64,000 bases of DNA, from positions 1 through 64,000 of IMG/VR virus record IMGVR_UViG_3300029880_000008; one strand, written 5' to 3'. The notes beneath the pieces are model-generated. The model worked only from the letters and a program-made list of their open reading frames with translations, made no database searches and was not told where the DNA came from. A program made the translations under genes and the position numbers. Numbering within the stretch: the first letter of the stretch is position 1; the number at the start of each line of letters is the position of its first letter. This document shows, piece after piece, positions 26,009 through 35,348 of this stretch. This DNA comes from a virus.

Positions 26009-26404
26009 CTAATCTTCATCTACTTTTACATTGTAGTGAAATCTTACTGTAAGGTAATCTGTGCTCAGAAAGAATGTATAGATTAAAGGCTCAGCCTGGC
26101 GTTCGTCGAGATACTGCTTCGTATCGTAATAGTATATGCTATTTTTTGATTCGCCAGTCAGTCGTTTGACAATCTCTCTACCCCACTCTGATGTAATCCA
26201 CGATCGAAGCTTCCTGATAGATAGGTAGTTTCCGTGATACTCTATCATTGTAGGTGCACCTCCGACAAATCCCAATGAAAAAAACTTATTGGTGAGATAT
26301 TGCGAATCGTCAAAGATGGTGTCTAGAAGTGATTCCTCGACGACATTCTTCCCGTCAATAGGAGCCTTCACATACTTTCTTGTATCTACATTAATTTCCT
26401 TCAT
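26009..26404 (-). CDS. Hypothetical early protein
   Basis: 131-aa ORF with the cassette upstream. Confidence 0.55.
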   Translation of the reverse strand: MKEINVDTRKYVKAPIDGKNVVEESLLDTIFDDSQYLTNKFFSLGFVGGAPTMIEYHGNYLSIRKLRSWITSEWGREIVKRLTGESKNSIYYYDTKQYLDERQAEPLIYTFFLSTDYLTVRFHYNVKVDED

Positions 26405-26629
26405 AATCCTTCATTTTATTGGTTAGACATAGAATCGGTTACCGAATCAGTAACCGACTTTTGGCTAGAATGATCCCCGGCTGGCGCCTTACTTTAATAG
26501 TTCGATCTAGAGAGCTTTAGCTCGAAGGATTACCTCCAGTAGTGACTGGAGGAGATCCTTCGTTGAAGAAGCTCTTGTGAATTTCTGCCGAGCCACCATT
26601 CTTTAGGCGGCGAACCTTACGTCTGATGA

Positions 26630-27688
26630 TTACTTGTTCTCGCTCTTGGCTTTCTTCCATTCAAGAATCTTGCCCTGGACGCTGATATTATTGTCCTTGA
26701 TAAGCTGCTTGAGTACACCGAGCATCTTCCAACCCTCTTCATCGTAGAGCTTGGCTTTAGACTCAAGTTCCTTCAGAGAATTGGCCTCTGACATCTTTCG
26801 TCCGTTCTTCATGAATCTTGCTCCATGGAACATGATGAGGTTTCTCATCGTGTAGTAGGAACCAGACCCTTTGTAAGCATGGATGAATGCATCTGCCTGC
26901 TTGGTATCCCACGCGAGATGCTTGCGGTTCTTGTTGAACTTGCGAACGGCATCGTAGAGATCCTTGTGGTCGTCTACAGTAGCCATCTTGTTGGCAAGGT
27001 CACGGAGAGGATTGTATACCTTTCTATCCAAGTCAGCGACAAAAATGTCCTCGTTCTGAAGACGTACGTAAGGATTGCCCTTGCAGGTATGCTTATATGT
27101 CTTCTTCTTGTTTCCATCCTTGTCCTCCTTGGTAGTGTAGATGCACTTGTCGTCAATGTAGCTTCTGAGCTTTTTGATGTAGTCAATAGCCATATCGTAT
27201 GCTACACAACCGTTGAACCAGCGATATCTCGCCTTTGTGTTCTCGTAGTCCTTGTGGTCACACATCTTCATCTGAGCGTAGAGCTCATTTTCAAGCATGC
27301 GCCACTGATACTCGTAGCCCTTGCGCTGCAACACCTCGTTGAATGACAGATAACTCTTATCCATGTCTCGCAACATGTGGAACATCTGACTCATCACCCA
27401 ACGACGGAAGAGCTTCCAGTTACTTACGTATCCACCCTCTATAATCTGCCTGCCTACCGCATCGATGGTTGCATCGTCCATATCAACAGGGACAGCCGCA
27501 CCATTTTCGATTTTGATAAGCTGATCATCACCGAGAGGGAAGTACTTACTTACGTCAACGCCTGCTGCCTTAAGAGCTTCGAGACGCATCTGCGCCTTGG
27601 TCTTCTTACCTGCACAAGCTGCATTAACCTCTACATTGTTAGCTACTACCTTAAGATTCTCACCAGTGATTGTTACAATCTGCTTCAT
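26630..27688 (-). CDS. Hypothetical early protein (352 aa)
   Basis: Long ORF with the cassette upstream. No motif recognised. Confidence 0.6.
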   Translation of the reverse strand: MKQIVTITGENLKVVANNVEVNAACAGKKTKAQMRLEALKAAGVDVSKYFPLGDDQLIKIENGAAVPVDMDDATIDAVGRQIIEGGYVSNWKLFRRWVMSQMFHMLRDMDKSYLSFNEVLQRKGYEYQWRMLENELYAQMKMCDHKDYENTKARYRWFNGCVAYDMAIDYIKKLRSYIDDKCIYTTKEDKDGNKKKTYKHTCKGNPYVRLQNEDIFVADLDRKVYNPLRDLANKMATVDDHKDLYDAVRKFNKNRKHLAWDTKQADAFIHAYKGSGSYYTMRNLIMFHGARFMKNGRKMSEANSLKELESKAKLYDEEGWKMLGVLKQLIKDNNISVQGKILEWKKAKSENK

Positions 27689-27747
27689 AATTCAATTAAT
27701 TTTAAATTGGTTATACTAAAAATTTATTTAACTCTAGTGGATGAGGC

Positions 27748-28200
27748 TTACGCCCCACCCTTGTTTGGCTCAATCCAGTCTCTGAGGATAATCAGATCCT
27801 TGTCGTTCTCGGACTTCCAGAACCATCTTCCCCATCTGTTCTCCCATGCAAGGTTGCCTCTTAGAAGCTGAATCAGTATGTATAGCTCCAGCTTACATCT
27901 AGCTACCTCCCGTCGCTCACCATACATCATATCTTCGTCTGAGAGCTCTTTCTCTGGCAAAGCCTTGAAGTAGTAGCGGCGATGGGATTCAGAACGCTCA
28001 GACGGCACAGAATGCTTGTATGCCTTATATCTCTGTTCTATTGCGAACAGGACTACTGCATGTGTCAGGTAAGGTGTATCTTTCGGCTTATCTTCCTCGG
28101 ACATCACTATCTTGCCATTCACTCTACATGTTCTCTTCTGGAAGTTGATGGTGAACTTTGCACCATTCTCAACTGCATTGATAATCTCGTCGTATGTCAT
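27748..28200 (-). CDS. Hypothetical early protein
   Basis: 150-aa ORF with the cassette upstream. Confidence 0.55.
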   Translation of the reverse strand: MTYDEIINAVENGAKFTINFQKRTCRVNGKIVMSEEDKPKDTPYLTHAVVLFAIEQRYKAYKHSVPSERSESHRRYYFKALPEKELSDEDMMYGERREVARCKLELYILIQLLRGNLAWENRWGRWFWKSENDKDLIILRDWIEPNKGGA

Positions 28201-28232
28201 AATTCTATTGTATTGGTTAATAGGGATAGTGC

Positions 28233-28478
28233 TTATTCTTGCACTATCAAATTGGCTTCTTCGAGTTCATCCTTACTCAGTACATCTTCGTCTTCTCCGA
28301 AGTGGATATAGAATTTGTCTCCGTTCGCCCACTCCATTGCACGCATATACAACCAGTGAGCCTCTTCGATAGAGAATCCGTCTGCGCTTACTGAATCAAG
28401 CATCTCGCCCATGCAAACTTCTGACGTTTCGTACTCTTTCTTGATTTCCTCAAGCTTCTTTAGTAATCTGCTGTTCAT
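28233..28478 (-). CDS. Hypothetical acidic early protein
   Basis: 81-aa ORF with the cassette upstream. Confidence 0.5.
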   Translation of the reverse strand: MNSRLLKKLEEIKKEYETSEVCMGEMLDSVSADGFSIEEAHWLYMRAMEWANGDKFYIHFGEDEDVLSKDELEEANLIVQE

Positions 28479-28499
28479 AATTCTTAAATATTGGTTAAT

Positions 28500-29672
28500 G
28501 GGAATGCGCTCAGAGAATCTGTTGCGTAACTATAAGGTCTTGATTAATACTGTATCTGAGTCCTGACGGATCCAGGTAATCACCTGGATTCTCAGGATGG
28601 TTGATACCGTATTGTACAATCTATTCTCCTTGCGCACCATATCCGGCTCGCAATAACCTAGACTTATCTCATGTATTATGTTGCATGGATATATGTTCTC
28701 GATTCGGTCCCGTGACTGGATACCTGTGCCTGCGGAGATATCGGCAGGCACAGGTATTCCACCTTACGGGATATTAAACCTCATACTCTTGATAAGTCGT
28801 GATGCAATTCACATGGTTGTTTGTAGGTACACTCATAGGTCTGTTGTCTTGCTACAGGCTGATGATTGGAACCAGCTGGGTTTACGCGGGGAGCATCGTT
28901 GCTCTAAGGATGACTCCCCGCGTTATTTACCCAGCGGGTATAAATACGCAACCTCCTTGTGTACCTCGTTTGGCAATAACGTTGTCTTCATCTGAGAGTG
29001 TGGCACGTAGCTATAGCAGCTTGATTCGAGGGCTGTTGTAAGTCGCCGGATGGCACTGGGATTCCAGTGAAGGCCGGCGGCATGTAAACAGCACTATAAA
29101 TTCACTCTCCTCTGAAGACTACCCTCGTGCTAGGGTAATTCCCTGACCGGTGGCTAGGCACAATACTTTATGTTTCTGATTTGACACAGGATTCGCCAGA
29201 ATAGATGATCCAGAGGTCGTAAGTAGTATACGACGCCCTCAGGATCAACTACTCTGGTTAAGAGACCTGTTGCATAAACTTCTGCCATCCATCAGGGAGT
29301 GGTGGTGTGCGCCACCGGTGGAAGTCATACGGACTGGCACATTTCTGTACTTCGTTGATGAGCTACGCCTTGTGCGTCATACGAAGGTCCCGAGTTATCT
29401 CAAGTCGTAGACTTGGGTAACTCGAGGCCCTTCAGTTTGAGGTCTTCGAGGCGTCGCCTGAATCTATCCGTCCTTCTCCCACGTCCGTGTGCTCGGTTAC
29501 AGAGTCTGCCGGTCAGAAGATACTGCGCATAGCTATATCAGATTGATAATATCCTGGTGGAGAGGATCGCTGGACCATCTCAGATTATGAGATGCTGTCC
29601 GCGATCTTCGAGACCGGATGTTTAAAACCTTGCGTCTTCATTCCGGCAAAATCCTTGCGCTAGGATGCTCAT
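28500..29672. ncRNA. Candidate large structured RNA or template region next to the RT (strand unresolved, probably co-transcribed on minus)
   Basis: 1.17 kb with no cassette-preceded ORF, against about 40-60 nt for all other gaps in the array. Long helices at 28561-28597, 28723-28754, 28874-28935, 29045-29078, 29217-29234, 29391-29424, 29575-29616, and a long-range pairing of 29509-29521 with 29614-29627. Confidence 0.4.
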
Positions 29673-30938
29673 CTACAGAGTATTCACCAATGTGTTGTAC
29701 GCTGCCCTGCTCGTCCGCAAGGCGTTCTGAGCACAGCCGATTGATAGATACCCCTTGATTTCGCTCTCTGTCTTACTCCTGTTAGCTTTCACGTTCCTGC
29801 CACGGCCTCGGTCTATGCAACCTACAGCCTGAGTCTTCACGTATCCGAGACCACCGACCTTTCTCTTGCCTGTCTTGACCGCACGGATGCAGTCCATGAC
29901 GAATGCGTTGAGTTTGTCGATGTCCTGTTTCACGTTTATGACTGGAAGAACCTGAGTCGACCAGGAATAATCGCAGTACCCCTTGTAGAGATACCTGTTT
30001 ACTGCATTGATGGCTTTCGTCATCGTGGTGTCACGTTTCTTTATCGTCCTCTTCTCAATCTCCTTCTGAAAGGTCTTGATGCGTGTGGACGACAAAGAGA
30101 TATTGTGACCCTTGATGGAATATCCGAGGAACTTGAACCAGTGATTAGCGTCAAGATACTCAACCTTCTTCGGATTGAGCGTCATCTGCATCATCTCCAG
30201 CTCGCTCTTCATGATATCCATGGCTTTCTCATAGTCTTCACCGACAAACAGCGTATCATCTGAATAGCGGACGTAATATCCGTTAAGCTTAGATAGCTTG
30301 TCGTCAAGATGATAGAGAATGACATCAGCCAGCCATGCAGCAACAGAGCACCCCTGCTTGAGGGACTGATACTTCTCACAGAGGTTATTGTCCTCATCAA
30401 AATAGATATCTGTGTGATAGTAGTCACGAATGACATCTATCAGCGCAGATTTTCCGTACTTCTCCTCTACCTTGTCAAATGCCCAGTCGATGAACCGAAT
30501 GGGCACAGAATCAAAGTACTTGGAGAAGTCACCTTTCCATCCGATGATTTTTCCCTCTGCCGAGTATATTATCCGAGACACATCTTGCACCACACGACCG
30601 CAGCCGATACCCTTTTGGTATGACGTACAGCGCGGATGCACCATCTCTGGCATCAGCTCGAACAGGAGGTCGTTTGCTATACTCAAAAGGATTCTATCTA
30701 CAGGCTCATTCACATAGACAGTACGGAAATCTCCGTTGTCTTTAGGAATCTTTGCTGTGTGTGGCGGCATTATCTTGTAATTGCCGCTCTTGATCCTCTG
30801 ATACATAGCCAGACGAGCCTTTGGTGTTGTCAGCTGATACATTACTGCTTTGTTCATGTCCTTGAATAAGCCTTTCTCGATAGCATACTGCCATCTGGCT
30901 TTCTCAAAGAACATTTCTAGGATTCTGTCTTCATTCAT
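29673..30938 (-). CDS. Reverse transcriptase (group-II-intron-like or retron-like palm, thumb with maturase-X-like motif)
   Basis: RT motifs: KIPKDNGDFRTVYVNEPVDRILL (1-2), SYQKGIG (3), GDFSKYFDSVP (A), LKQGCSVAAWLADV (4), YVRYSDDTLFVG (YxDD), LNPKKVEY...FKFLGYSI (6-7). The thumb has AVNRYLYKGYCDYSW, compared with RGWxNYY. Confidence 0.85.
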   Translation of the reverse strand: MNEDRILEMFFEKARWQYAIEKGLFKDMNKAVMYQLTTPKARLAMYQRIKSGNYKIMPPHTAKIPKDNGDFRTVYVNEPVDRILLSIANDLLFELMPEMVHPRCTSYQKGIGCGRVVQDVSRIIYSAEGKIIGWKGDFSKYFDSVPIRFIDWAFDKVEEKYGKSALIDVIRDYYHTDIYFDEDNNLCEKYQSLKQGCSVAAWLADVILYHLDDKLSKLNGYYVRYSDDTLFVGEDYEKAMDIMKSELEMMQMTLNPKKVEYLDANHWFKFLGYSIKGHNISLSSTRIKTFQKEIEKRTIKKRDTTMTKAINAVNRYLYKGYCDYSWSTQVLPVINVKQDIDKLNAFVMDCIRAVKTGKRKVGGLGYVKTQAVGCIDRGRGRNVKANRSKTESEIKGYLSIGCAQNALRTSRAAYNTLVNTL

Positions 30939-30970
30939 AATTCTTATGTTTTGGTTATTGTGCGCAGTCC

Positions 30971-31150
30971 TTAGCTGCGCTTTTTAGGCAATGTTATTTC
31001 ATCGCAGGGGAAGCACTGGTCTATAGGCCACCAGTATTCATTATCAATTCCCGCGAATCCTCTTTCCTCTGAAACGTGAGTGACAACGTGTTCCTTTGAT
31101 TGGGAATGTATGTCGCAGAATACCCTCGTTCCTACTTTGATTTTCTTCAT
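30971..31150 (-). CDS. 59-aa hypothetical protein directly upstream of the RT
   Basis: Hand translation: MKKIKVGTRVFCDIHSQSKEHVVTHVSEERGFAGIDNEYWWPIDQCFPCDEITLPKKRS. Cassette upstream. One residue under the track cutoff. Confidence 0.45.
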   Translation of the reverse strand: MKKIKVGTRVFCDIHSQSKEHVVTHVSEERGFAGIDNEYWWPIDQCFPCDEITLPKKRS

Positions 31151-31200
31151 ATCTCTAATATTTTTGGTTATTGGTAGGGAGATTGCTCTCCCCGTTTGGC

Positions 31201-31438
31201 TTAGTCGATGTGCTGGAGTGCTACGCTGTCATCTTCTTCGGATTCTCTCCAGTACTCCTGATCTGGTTCGATCTCGATAACCTCACCTGAGAAATTGTCA
31301 GCGTCAAGAATAATATCGCTATTATTATAGGCATCCTGCACTTTCTGTACGGCTTCATTCTCACTCTCAGCATCAACGCTGACTACCTTGTTCAAATGTT
31401 CTGTGACTGATACGTAATATCTCTTCATAATCTTTAAT
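31201..31438 (-). CDS. Hypothetical acidic early protein
   Basis: ORF trimmed to the cassette-associated Met (MKRYYVSV...). Confidence 0.5.
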
Positions 31439-31478
31439 AATTTGGTTAATGATGTCAGAGGGATTGCTCCCTCCGTTT

Positions 31479-31736
31479 TTAGGCTAATGCGTTCAATACT
31501 CTGTGGGCGTTGTATGCGACAGGATTGCTGTACTTTGCTTTCTCCCACTTTTTACGCTCACAAACTTTCAGGCAATACTCATGTGCTATATTCTCTGATA
31601 GTGCATCGAACGTGTTGTGTGTAATATCTGATGGCTTACCGAAATAAACTCTGTAACCATCCCTGTAGCATACTATACGTCTGCCCAGTCTGTAGATGGT
31701 TCTACTGCCCTTCTCTACAAATGTAATTCTTTCCAT
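31479..31736 (-). CDS. Hypothetical early protein
   Basis: ORF trimmed to the cassette-associated Met (MERITFVEKG...). Confidence 0.5.
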   Translation of the reverse strand: MERITFVEKGSRTIYRLGRRIVCYRDGYRVYFGKPSDITHNTFDALSENIAHEYCLKVCERKKWEKAKYSNPVAYNAHRVLNALA

Positions 31737-31783
31737 AATTCTCTGTATTTGGTTATTGGCAGGTAGCCAAATGGCTACCAATT

Positions 31784-32116
31784 TTAGGCTCTGTTCCATG
31801 CTTCCCACGCTTCATTCGTGTTCTTGGTGATTGCCTCGTTCCAAAGCTTCTCCATGTTGTAGAAAATTTCCTGAAATGCTTTAGGGGTATCCTTCGGATC
31901 AATCTTCTTGCCGAAATACGGGCGTCCACATCTTCTTTCGTCGTGCTCCCAGATGCACCGTATCATTCCCGTCTCCGTTGGAGTGCATCCGAGGAATGTT
32001 CCCATTGTACCGAATGTCTTTTCTCTAAGCCACTTCGGATAAGGAACGTAGATTGTCCACGCATCCACGCAGTCACGGAACTTCTTTCTTGTGTCGTGAT
32101 AAAGTTTCAATTTCAT
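31784..32116 (-). CDS. Hypothetical early protein
   Basis: ORF trimmed to the cassette-associated Met (MKLKLYHD...). Confidence 0.5.
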   Translation of the reverse strand: MKLKLYHDTRKKFRDCVDAWTIYVPYPKWLREKTFGTMGTFLGCTPTETGMIRCIWEHDERRCGRPYFGKKIDPKDTPKAFQEIFYNMEKLWNEAITKNTNEAWEAWNRA

Positions 32117-32165
32117 AATTCTTTGTAATTTGGTTAATGGAAGAGGAGCATGCAAGCTCCCCTTG

Positions 32166-32987
32166 TTAGGCTGTTTCTTTTAGTTTGATTCCATTCTCTT
32201 CGAGAGCGTCTTTAATCAGCTCGTCAGAGTCCTCGTAGTACTCTCCCCAGCAGGAATCAATCTGCTCCCAGTCGTAGTCGTCCTCCGGCTCACGACCTAT
32301 TTCCGTGAAGACTTTCTTGTAATGGACTTTCTTCTCTAAGACGAACCCCTTAACATCTCCCCACATCCAAAGACCTATGCACTTAACCTCATGCTCAAAT
32401 AGGTCCAAGGCTCGCTTTCTCCAGTTTTTTGTATTAGTGTCACAATACTTTGAGAAACGCTTCTTGTCGCAGTAGGCATATCCGCTGACATAATCTCCCT
32501 GGTTGTATCCAGTAGAGGACCACTCGTAGAATGCAATATCCTTACAATCGTGCAGAAGGTACGTGAAATCGTCCTCTTCGAGGATATCGCAAAGTTCCTC
32601 TCTATAGTCGAATCTCTTCAAGTCGCTCGGGCAGAACTCTTCGTGGTTATACCACTCACCCTCGTACAGACTTTCAAGATACCACATGCGGTCACTCTTG
32701 TCATAGCGCATACGGTAATTGTCGACGTTTTCACTATTGATATAATCAATAATCTTCTTTTGTGACACGTAGTTACAAACTAGATCCTTCAATGCATCCT
32801 CCGCATTTTTAGCGTTGACTTCGCTGCTACAACCACGAGAAAGCCACCTGTTGTATCCGTAATCGGAATAGTCCCAGAAGTAAACTCCCACCAAATCCCA
32901 TTCTGTGCAAGGGCATTCGGCATCCTCATCCTGGTAAATGGTGATTCTGTAATCACCAATCTCCTTCTTTGCAAATTCGTAACTCAT
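32166..32987 (-). CDS. Hypothetical strongly acidic, aromatic-rich early protein
   Basis: ORF trimmed to the Met at 32987 (MSYEFAKK...). Many D/E/Y/W residues. Confidence 0.55.
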   Translation of the reverse strand: MSYEFAKKEIGDYRITIYQDEDAECPCTEWDLVGVYFWDYSDYGYNRWLSRGCSSEVNAKNAEDALKDLVCNYVSQKKIIDYINSENVDNYRMRYDKSDRMWYLESLYEGEWYNHEEFCPSDLKRFDYREELCDILEEDDFTYLLHDCKDIAFYEWSSTGYNQGDYVSGYAYCDKKRFSKYCDTNTKNWRKRALDLFEHEVKCIGLWMWGDVKGFVLEKKVHYKKVFTEIGREPEDDYDWEQIDSCWGEYYEDSDELIKDALEENGIKLKETA

Positions 32988-33042
32988 ATCTAATATCATT
33001 TAAATGGTTTAACATTGAATATCCCCATGCTAGGGGATATTG

Positions 33043-33582
33043 TTAGGCTTCCTCATAATCTTCCTCCATCATGGAGTGAACCTCTTCAAGCTCGTTCGAG
33101 AAATTGTACTTGATGTTGTACGTGCCGAAGGCCTTGAAATACCATTCTTCGAGGTACGCTCTGTCCTTGTTAGCCTGCTCGCTGTCCTCTGCGGAATCAA
33201 GTCGGGCTACCATCTGAGGATACAAATCGTAGTAATCGTCGCCATCGTAGTCTGATGCCCACCAAACACCTGTTCTGCGCTTAGGGTAGTCCTCGTACAG
33301 ATTGGCAAAATTGCCATTCATGTGCTGGTCATTAAGATGTAGATATTTCTTCATTTCCTTGTTTGCCTTATGGGTAAACTCCCACGCAAGAGACTGGATA
33401 TTCTTTTCGAATACATCTGCAATGTATTCTTCCAGATCTTCTGCGTCATCGAAATTTTCAAGACACTCACGATAGAGGCTCTCGATAACCGCGGCAAAAC
33501 TTGCCACACCGATATAATCGGCTACTTTCTCGACAACTTCACCCTTGTTGTTCATAACAACTTCTACAATATTCTTTTCCAT
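33043..33582 (-). CDS. Hypothetical strongly acidic early protein
   Basis: 179-aa ORF with the cassette upstream. Contains DDAEDLEEY and a C-terminal MMEEDYEEA. Confidence 0.55.
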   Translation of the reverse strand: MEKNIVEVVMNNKGEVVEKVADYIGVASFAAVIESLYRECLENFDDAEDLEEYIADVFEKNIQSLAWEFTHKANKEMKKYLHLNDQHMNGNFANLYEDYPKRRTGVWWASDYDGDDYYDLYPQMVARLDSAEDSEQANKDRAYLEEWYFKAFGTYNIKYNFSNELEEVHSMMEEDYEEA

Positions 33583-33634
33583 AATTCATCTGTTTAATGG
33601 TTCATAATGGTTCCCCACATTATCGTGGGGAGGT

Positions 33635-33874
33635 TTAGCCACATATGGCAATGTCGCCATAATTTCTGAAGAAATGCTTGTACGCCTCAAGACCACTGGC
33701 AGCTTTCAAGTCTTTGACCTCTAGCTTACCGGTATCCTTGCGTACCTCTGCAATAGAGTATGTATTGTCGTGCGTCCACTTGATGAGGTCCACACGCCTA
33801 ACAGGATTCTCTACTGACTCTACGATTTTACACTTCAGTAAATCGTCATTCAGGATTTTCTCTAATTCACTCAT
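33635..33874 (-). CDS. Hypothetical early protein
   Basis: 79-aa ORF. Confidence 0.5.
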   Translation of the reverse strand: MSELEKILNDDLLKCKIVESVENPVRRVDLIKWTHDNTYSIAEVRKDTGKLEVKDLKAASGLEAYKHFFRNYGDIAICG

Positions 33875-33883
33875 AATTATAGA

Positions 33884-34039
33884 TTAATTATAGTTACACA
33901 TTATTTCTGTCTCACTGATAATTTCAGCACAATACTTGCAGCGATGGCACATTATGTAGCCTTTTGCCAGCAATTTGCTGAACTTCGGATATGGGCATTT
34001 CTCGCCCATGCCAGCTCTCGTAATCTCAATTTTCTTCAT
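33884..34039 (-). CDS. 51-aa Cys-rich (zinc-ribbon-like) peptide
   Basis: Hand translation: MKKIEITRAGMGEKCPYPKFSKLLAKGYIMCHRCKYCAEIISETEIMCNYN. Cassette upstream. Confidence 0.4.
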   Translation of the reverse strand: MKKIEITRAGMGEKCPYPKFSKLLAKGYIMCHRCKYCAEIISETEIMCNYN

Positions 34040-34096
34040 ATTTCAATCTGTTTGGTTAATAGAAATCCACACCCGTGAGAGTGAGGATTGTTTTGG

Positions 34097-34561
34097 CTAA
34101 TCACCGAAATCGCTTTCGTCCTGATCGTACCACCAGTCCTGGAATCGATTCGCAACCTCTTCCAATGCATACTTAGCAAATGTGTCGTAGATATTTCTGC
34201 TCTCGCCCTCGTTAAAAGGAGCATACAGAGCCTTGCCGATAGCATCATAGGTGACGGATTTGTCGTCCTTGAAATTCCCGAAGCCCTTAATCATCGTGAT
34301 AAGGTCTTCTCCTAAATCATCGGCAAGCTCATGCATATTCTCCATGATAGCACTCTTGTTCTCGTTCCAGAACTTGCTTGTTTGAGAATGATAACAGAAT
34401 CCAGTGTACCCCTCATTGGCATTTCTGACCTTATCGAGCGTATTAAGCATTGTGTCTTCATTAACACCGCCAAGCTGCTCTACTACGGCATATGCCATCT
34501 TTACGAATGATGGATTATCATTTTCCTTGATAAACGCATCCCATACTTTCTGTATATTCAT
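34097..34561 (-). CDS. Hypothetical acidic early protein
   Basis: 154-aa ORF with the cassette upstream. Confidence 0.55.
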   Translation of the reverse strand: MNIQKVWDAFIKENDNPSFVKMAYAVVEQLGGVNEDTMLNTLDKVRNANEGYTGFCYHSQTSKFWNENKSAIMENMHELADDLGEDLITMIKGFGNFKDDKSVTYDAIGKALYAPFNEGESRNIYDTFAKYALEEVANRFQDWWYDQDESDFGD

Positions 34562-34621
34562 ATTTCTGTATTTTGGTTGATAATAGAAACGAGCAAGCGC
34601 ACCATACGCTTACCCGTAATT

Positions 34622-34840
34622 TTAGCCGAAAACCCAGATAGCCGTAGTTCTTGCACAAATGGCATACAGCTTTCCGCTGTGACCACGGAACAGCATTCCG
34701 TTGCATCCGTACACACCGGAAGAATAGCCTACCTGACTATATTCTTCCGGGATGGCTGCACGGCTTGAACTGTGTGTTATATCCTTGGCAGCTCCTACTC
34801 TAACGAGTCTCTTCAACTCTTTCTGTGTCATTTTCTCCAT
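34622..34840 (-). CDS. Hypothetical early protein
   Basis: 72-aa ORF with the cassette upstream. Confidence 0.5.
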   Translation of the reverse strand: MEKMTQKELKRLVRVGAAKDITHSSSRAAIPEEYSQVGYSSGVYGCNGMLFRGHSGKLYAICARTTAIWVFG

Positions 34841-34902
34841 AATTCTTTAATTTTGATGATTTAACATGGTTTCTGTGCAGTCTATCTGCACAGAATGTTT
34901 GG

Positions 34903-35079
34903 CTAGAACTTGCGAGGGCGCATGCACGATTGCTCAATCTCCTGAGCCTTTTTGTCTGCACGTGCTACGCGTCTGAAATACTCGCTCTTGTCGAGATTCT
35001 TGCGTCTGCACTCCTCGCTGATAACTGCCTTGTGACTCGCTACGAGCCTGGCAAGGAACTTTCTGTCTCCGTCTGTCAT
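34903..35079 (-). CDS. 58-aa basic early protein
   Basis: Hand translation: MTDGDRKFLARLVASHKAVISEECRRKNLDKSEYFRRVARADKKAQEIEQSCMRPRKF. Cassette upstream. Preferred over track ORF 34934..35158, which is in another frame. Confidence 0.45.
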   Translation of the reverse strand: MTDGDRKFLARLVASHKAVISEECRRKNLDKSEYFRRVARADKKAQEIEQSCMRPRKF

Positions 35080-35142
35080 AATTCTGAATTTTGATTTGGT
35101 TAATAATAGAAGCAGGACACAGGACGTGCCCCGCTGTTTTGG

Positions 35143-35289
35143 CTACTTGCCACCGCACGCAATACTATGAGGACAGCAATGAATCTTGCCATCCGTCAAT
35201 CCGTGAAAGCAGCACCCTACACATCTCTCTGTGACTATATCCCACTCTCGCTCTATTCCGTGTCTGTCAGTTACTCTTACTGTTTCCAT
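35143..35289 (-). CDS. 48-aa Cys-rich peptide
   Basis: Track ORF 35143..35418 trimmed to the cassette-associated Met (METVRVTDRHG...CVGCCFHG...CCPHSIACGGK). Confidence 0.45.
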   Translation of the reverse strand: METVRVTDRHGIEREWDIVTERCVGCCFHGLTDGKIHCCPHSIACGGK

Positions 35290-35348
35290 AATTCTATATG
35301 TTTTGGTTAATAGCAGGCAGCACATTATCGTACTACCCATTTTTTTGG

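Noticed and set aside
28530-29041. Track ORFs 28530..28751(-), 28678..28995(+) and 28799..29041(+) as genes
   Set aside because: They overlap each other on both strands and none has the early-gene cassette or a promoter box. Their sequences are low-complexity and Cys/Arg/Ser-rich, and they coincide with long RNA-type helices.
28500-31000. Group II intron containing the RT
   Set aside because: The RT ORF is preceded by only about 30 nt of the standard phage leader cassette and another small gene, so there is no room for domains I-III. I found no GUGYG 5' end or domain V (AGC triad, GNRA loop, 2-nt bulge) in the downstream 1.17 kb on either strand. The best hairpin (28561-28597) lacks these features.
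28500-31000. Diversity-generating retroelement (DGR)
   Set aside because: There is no Avd-like gene and no obvious template/variable repeat pair by eye. RT motif 4 reads QGCSVAAW rather than the DGR-type ...SQ signature. The RT sits among early genes, far from the tail fibre region. This is not formally excluded, because the receptor-binding genes lie beyond the window.
34934-35158. 74-aa track ORF (MRWQVAKTAGH...)
   Set aside because: It spans a cassette and overlaps two cassette-initiated small ORFs (34903..35079 and 35143..35289) in other frames. Its Arg/Gln/Ser-rich composition also suggests an off-frame artefact.
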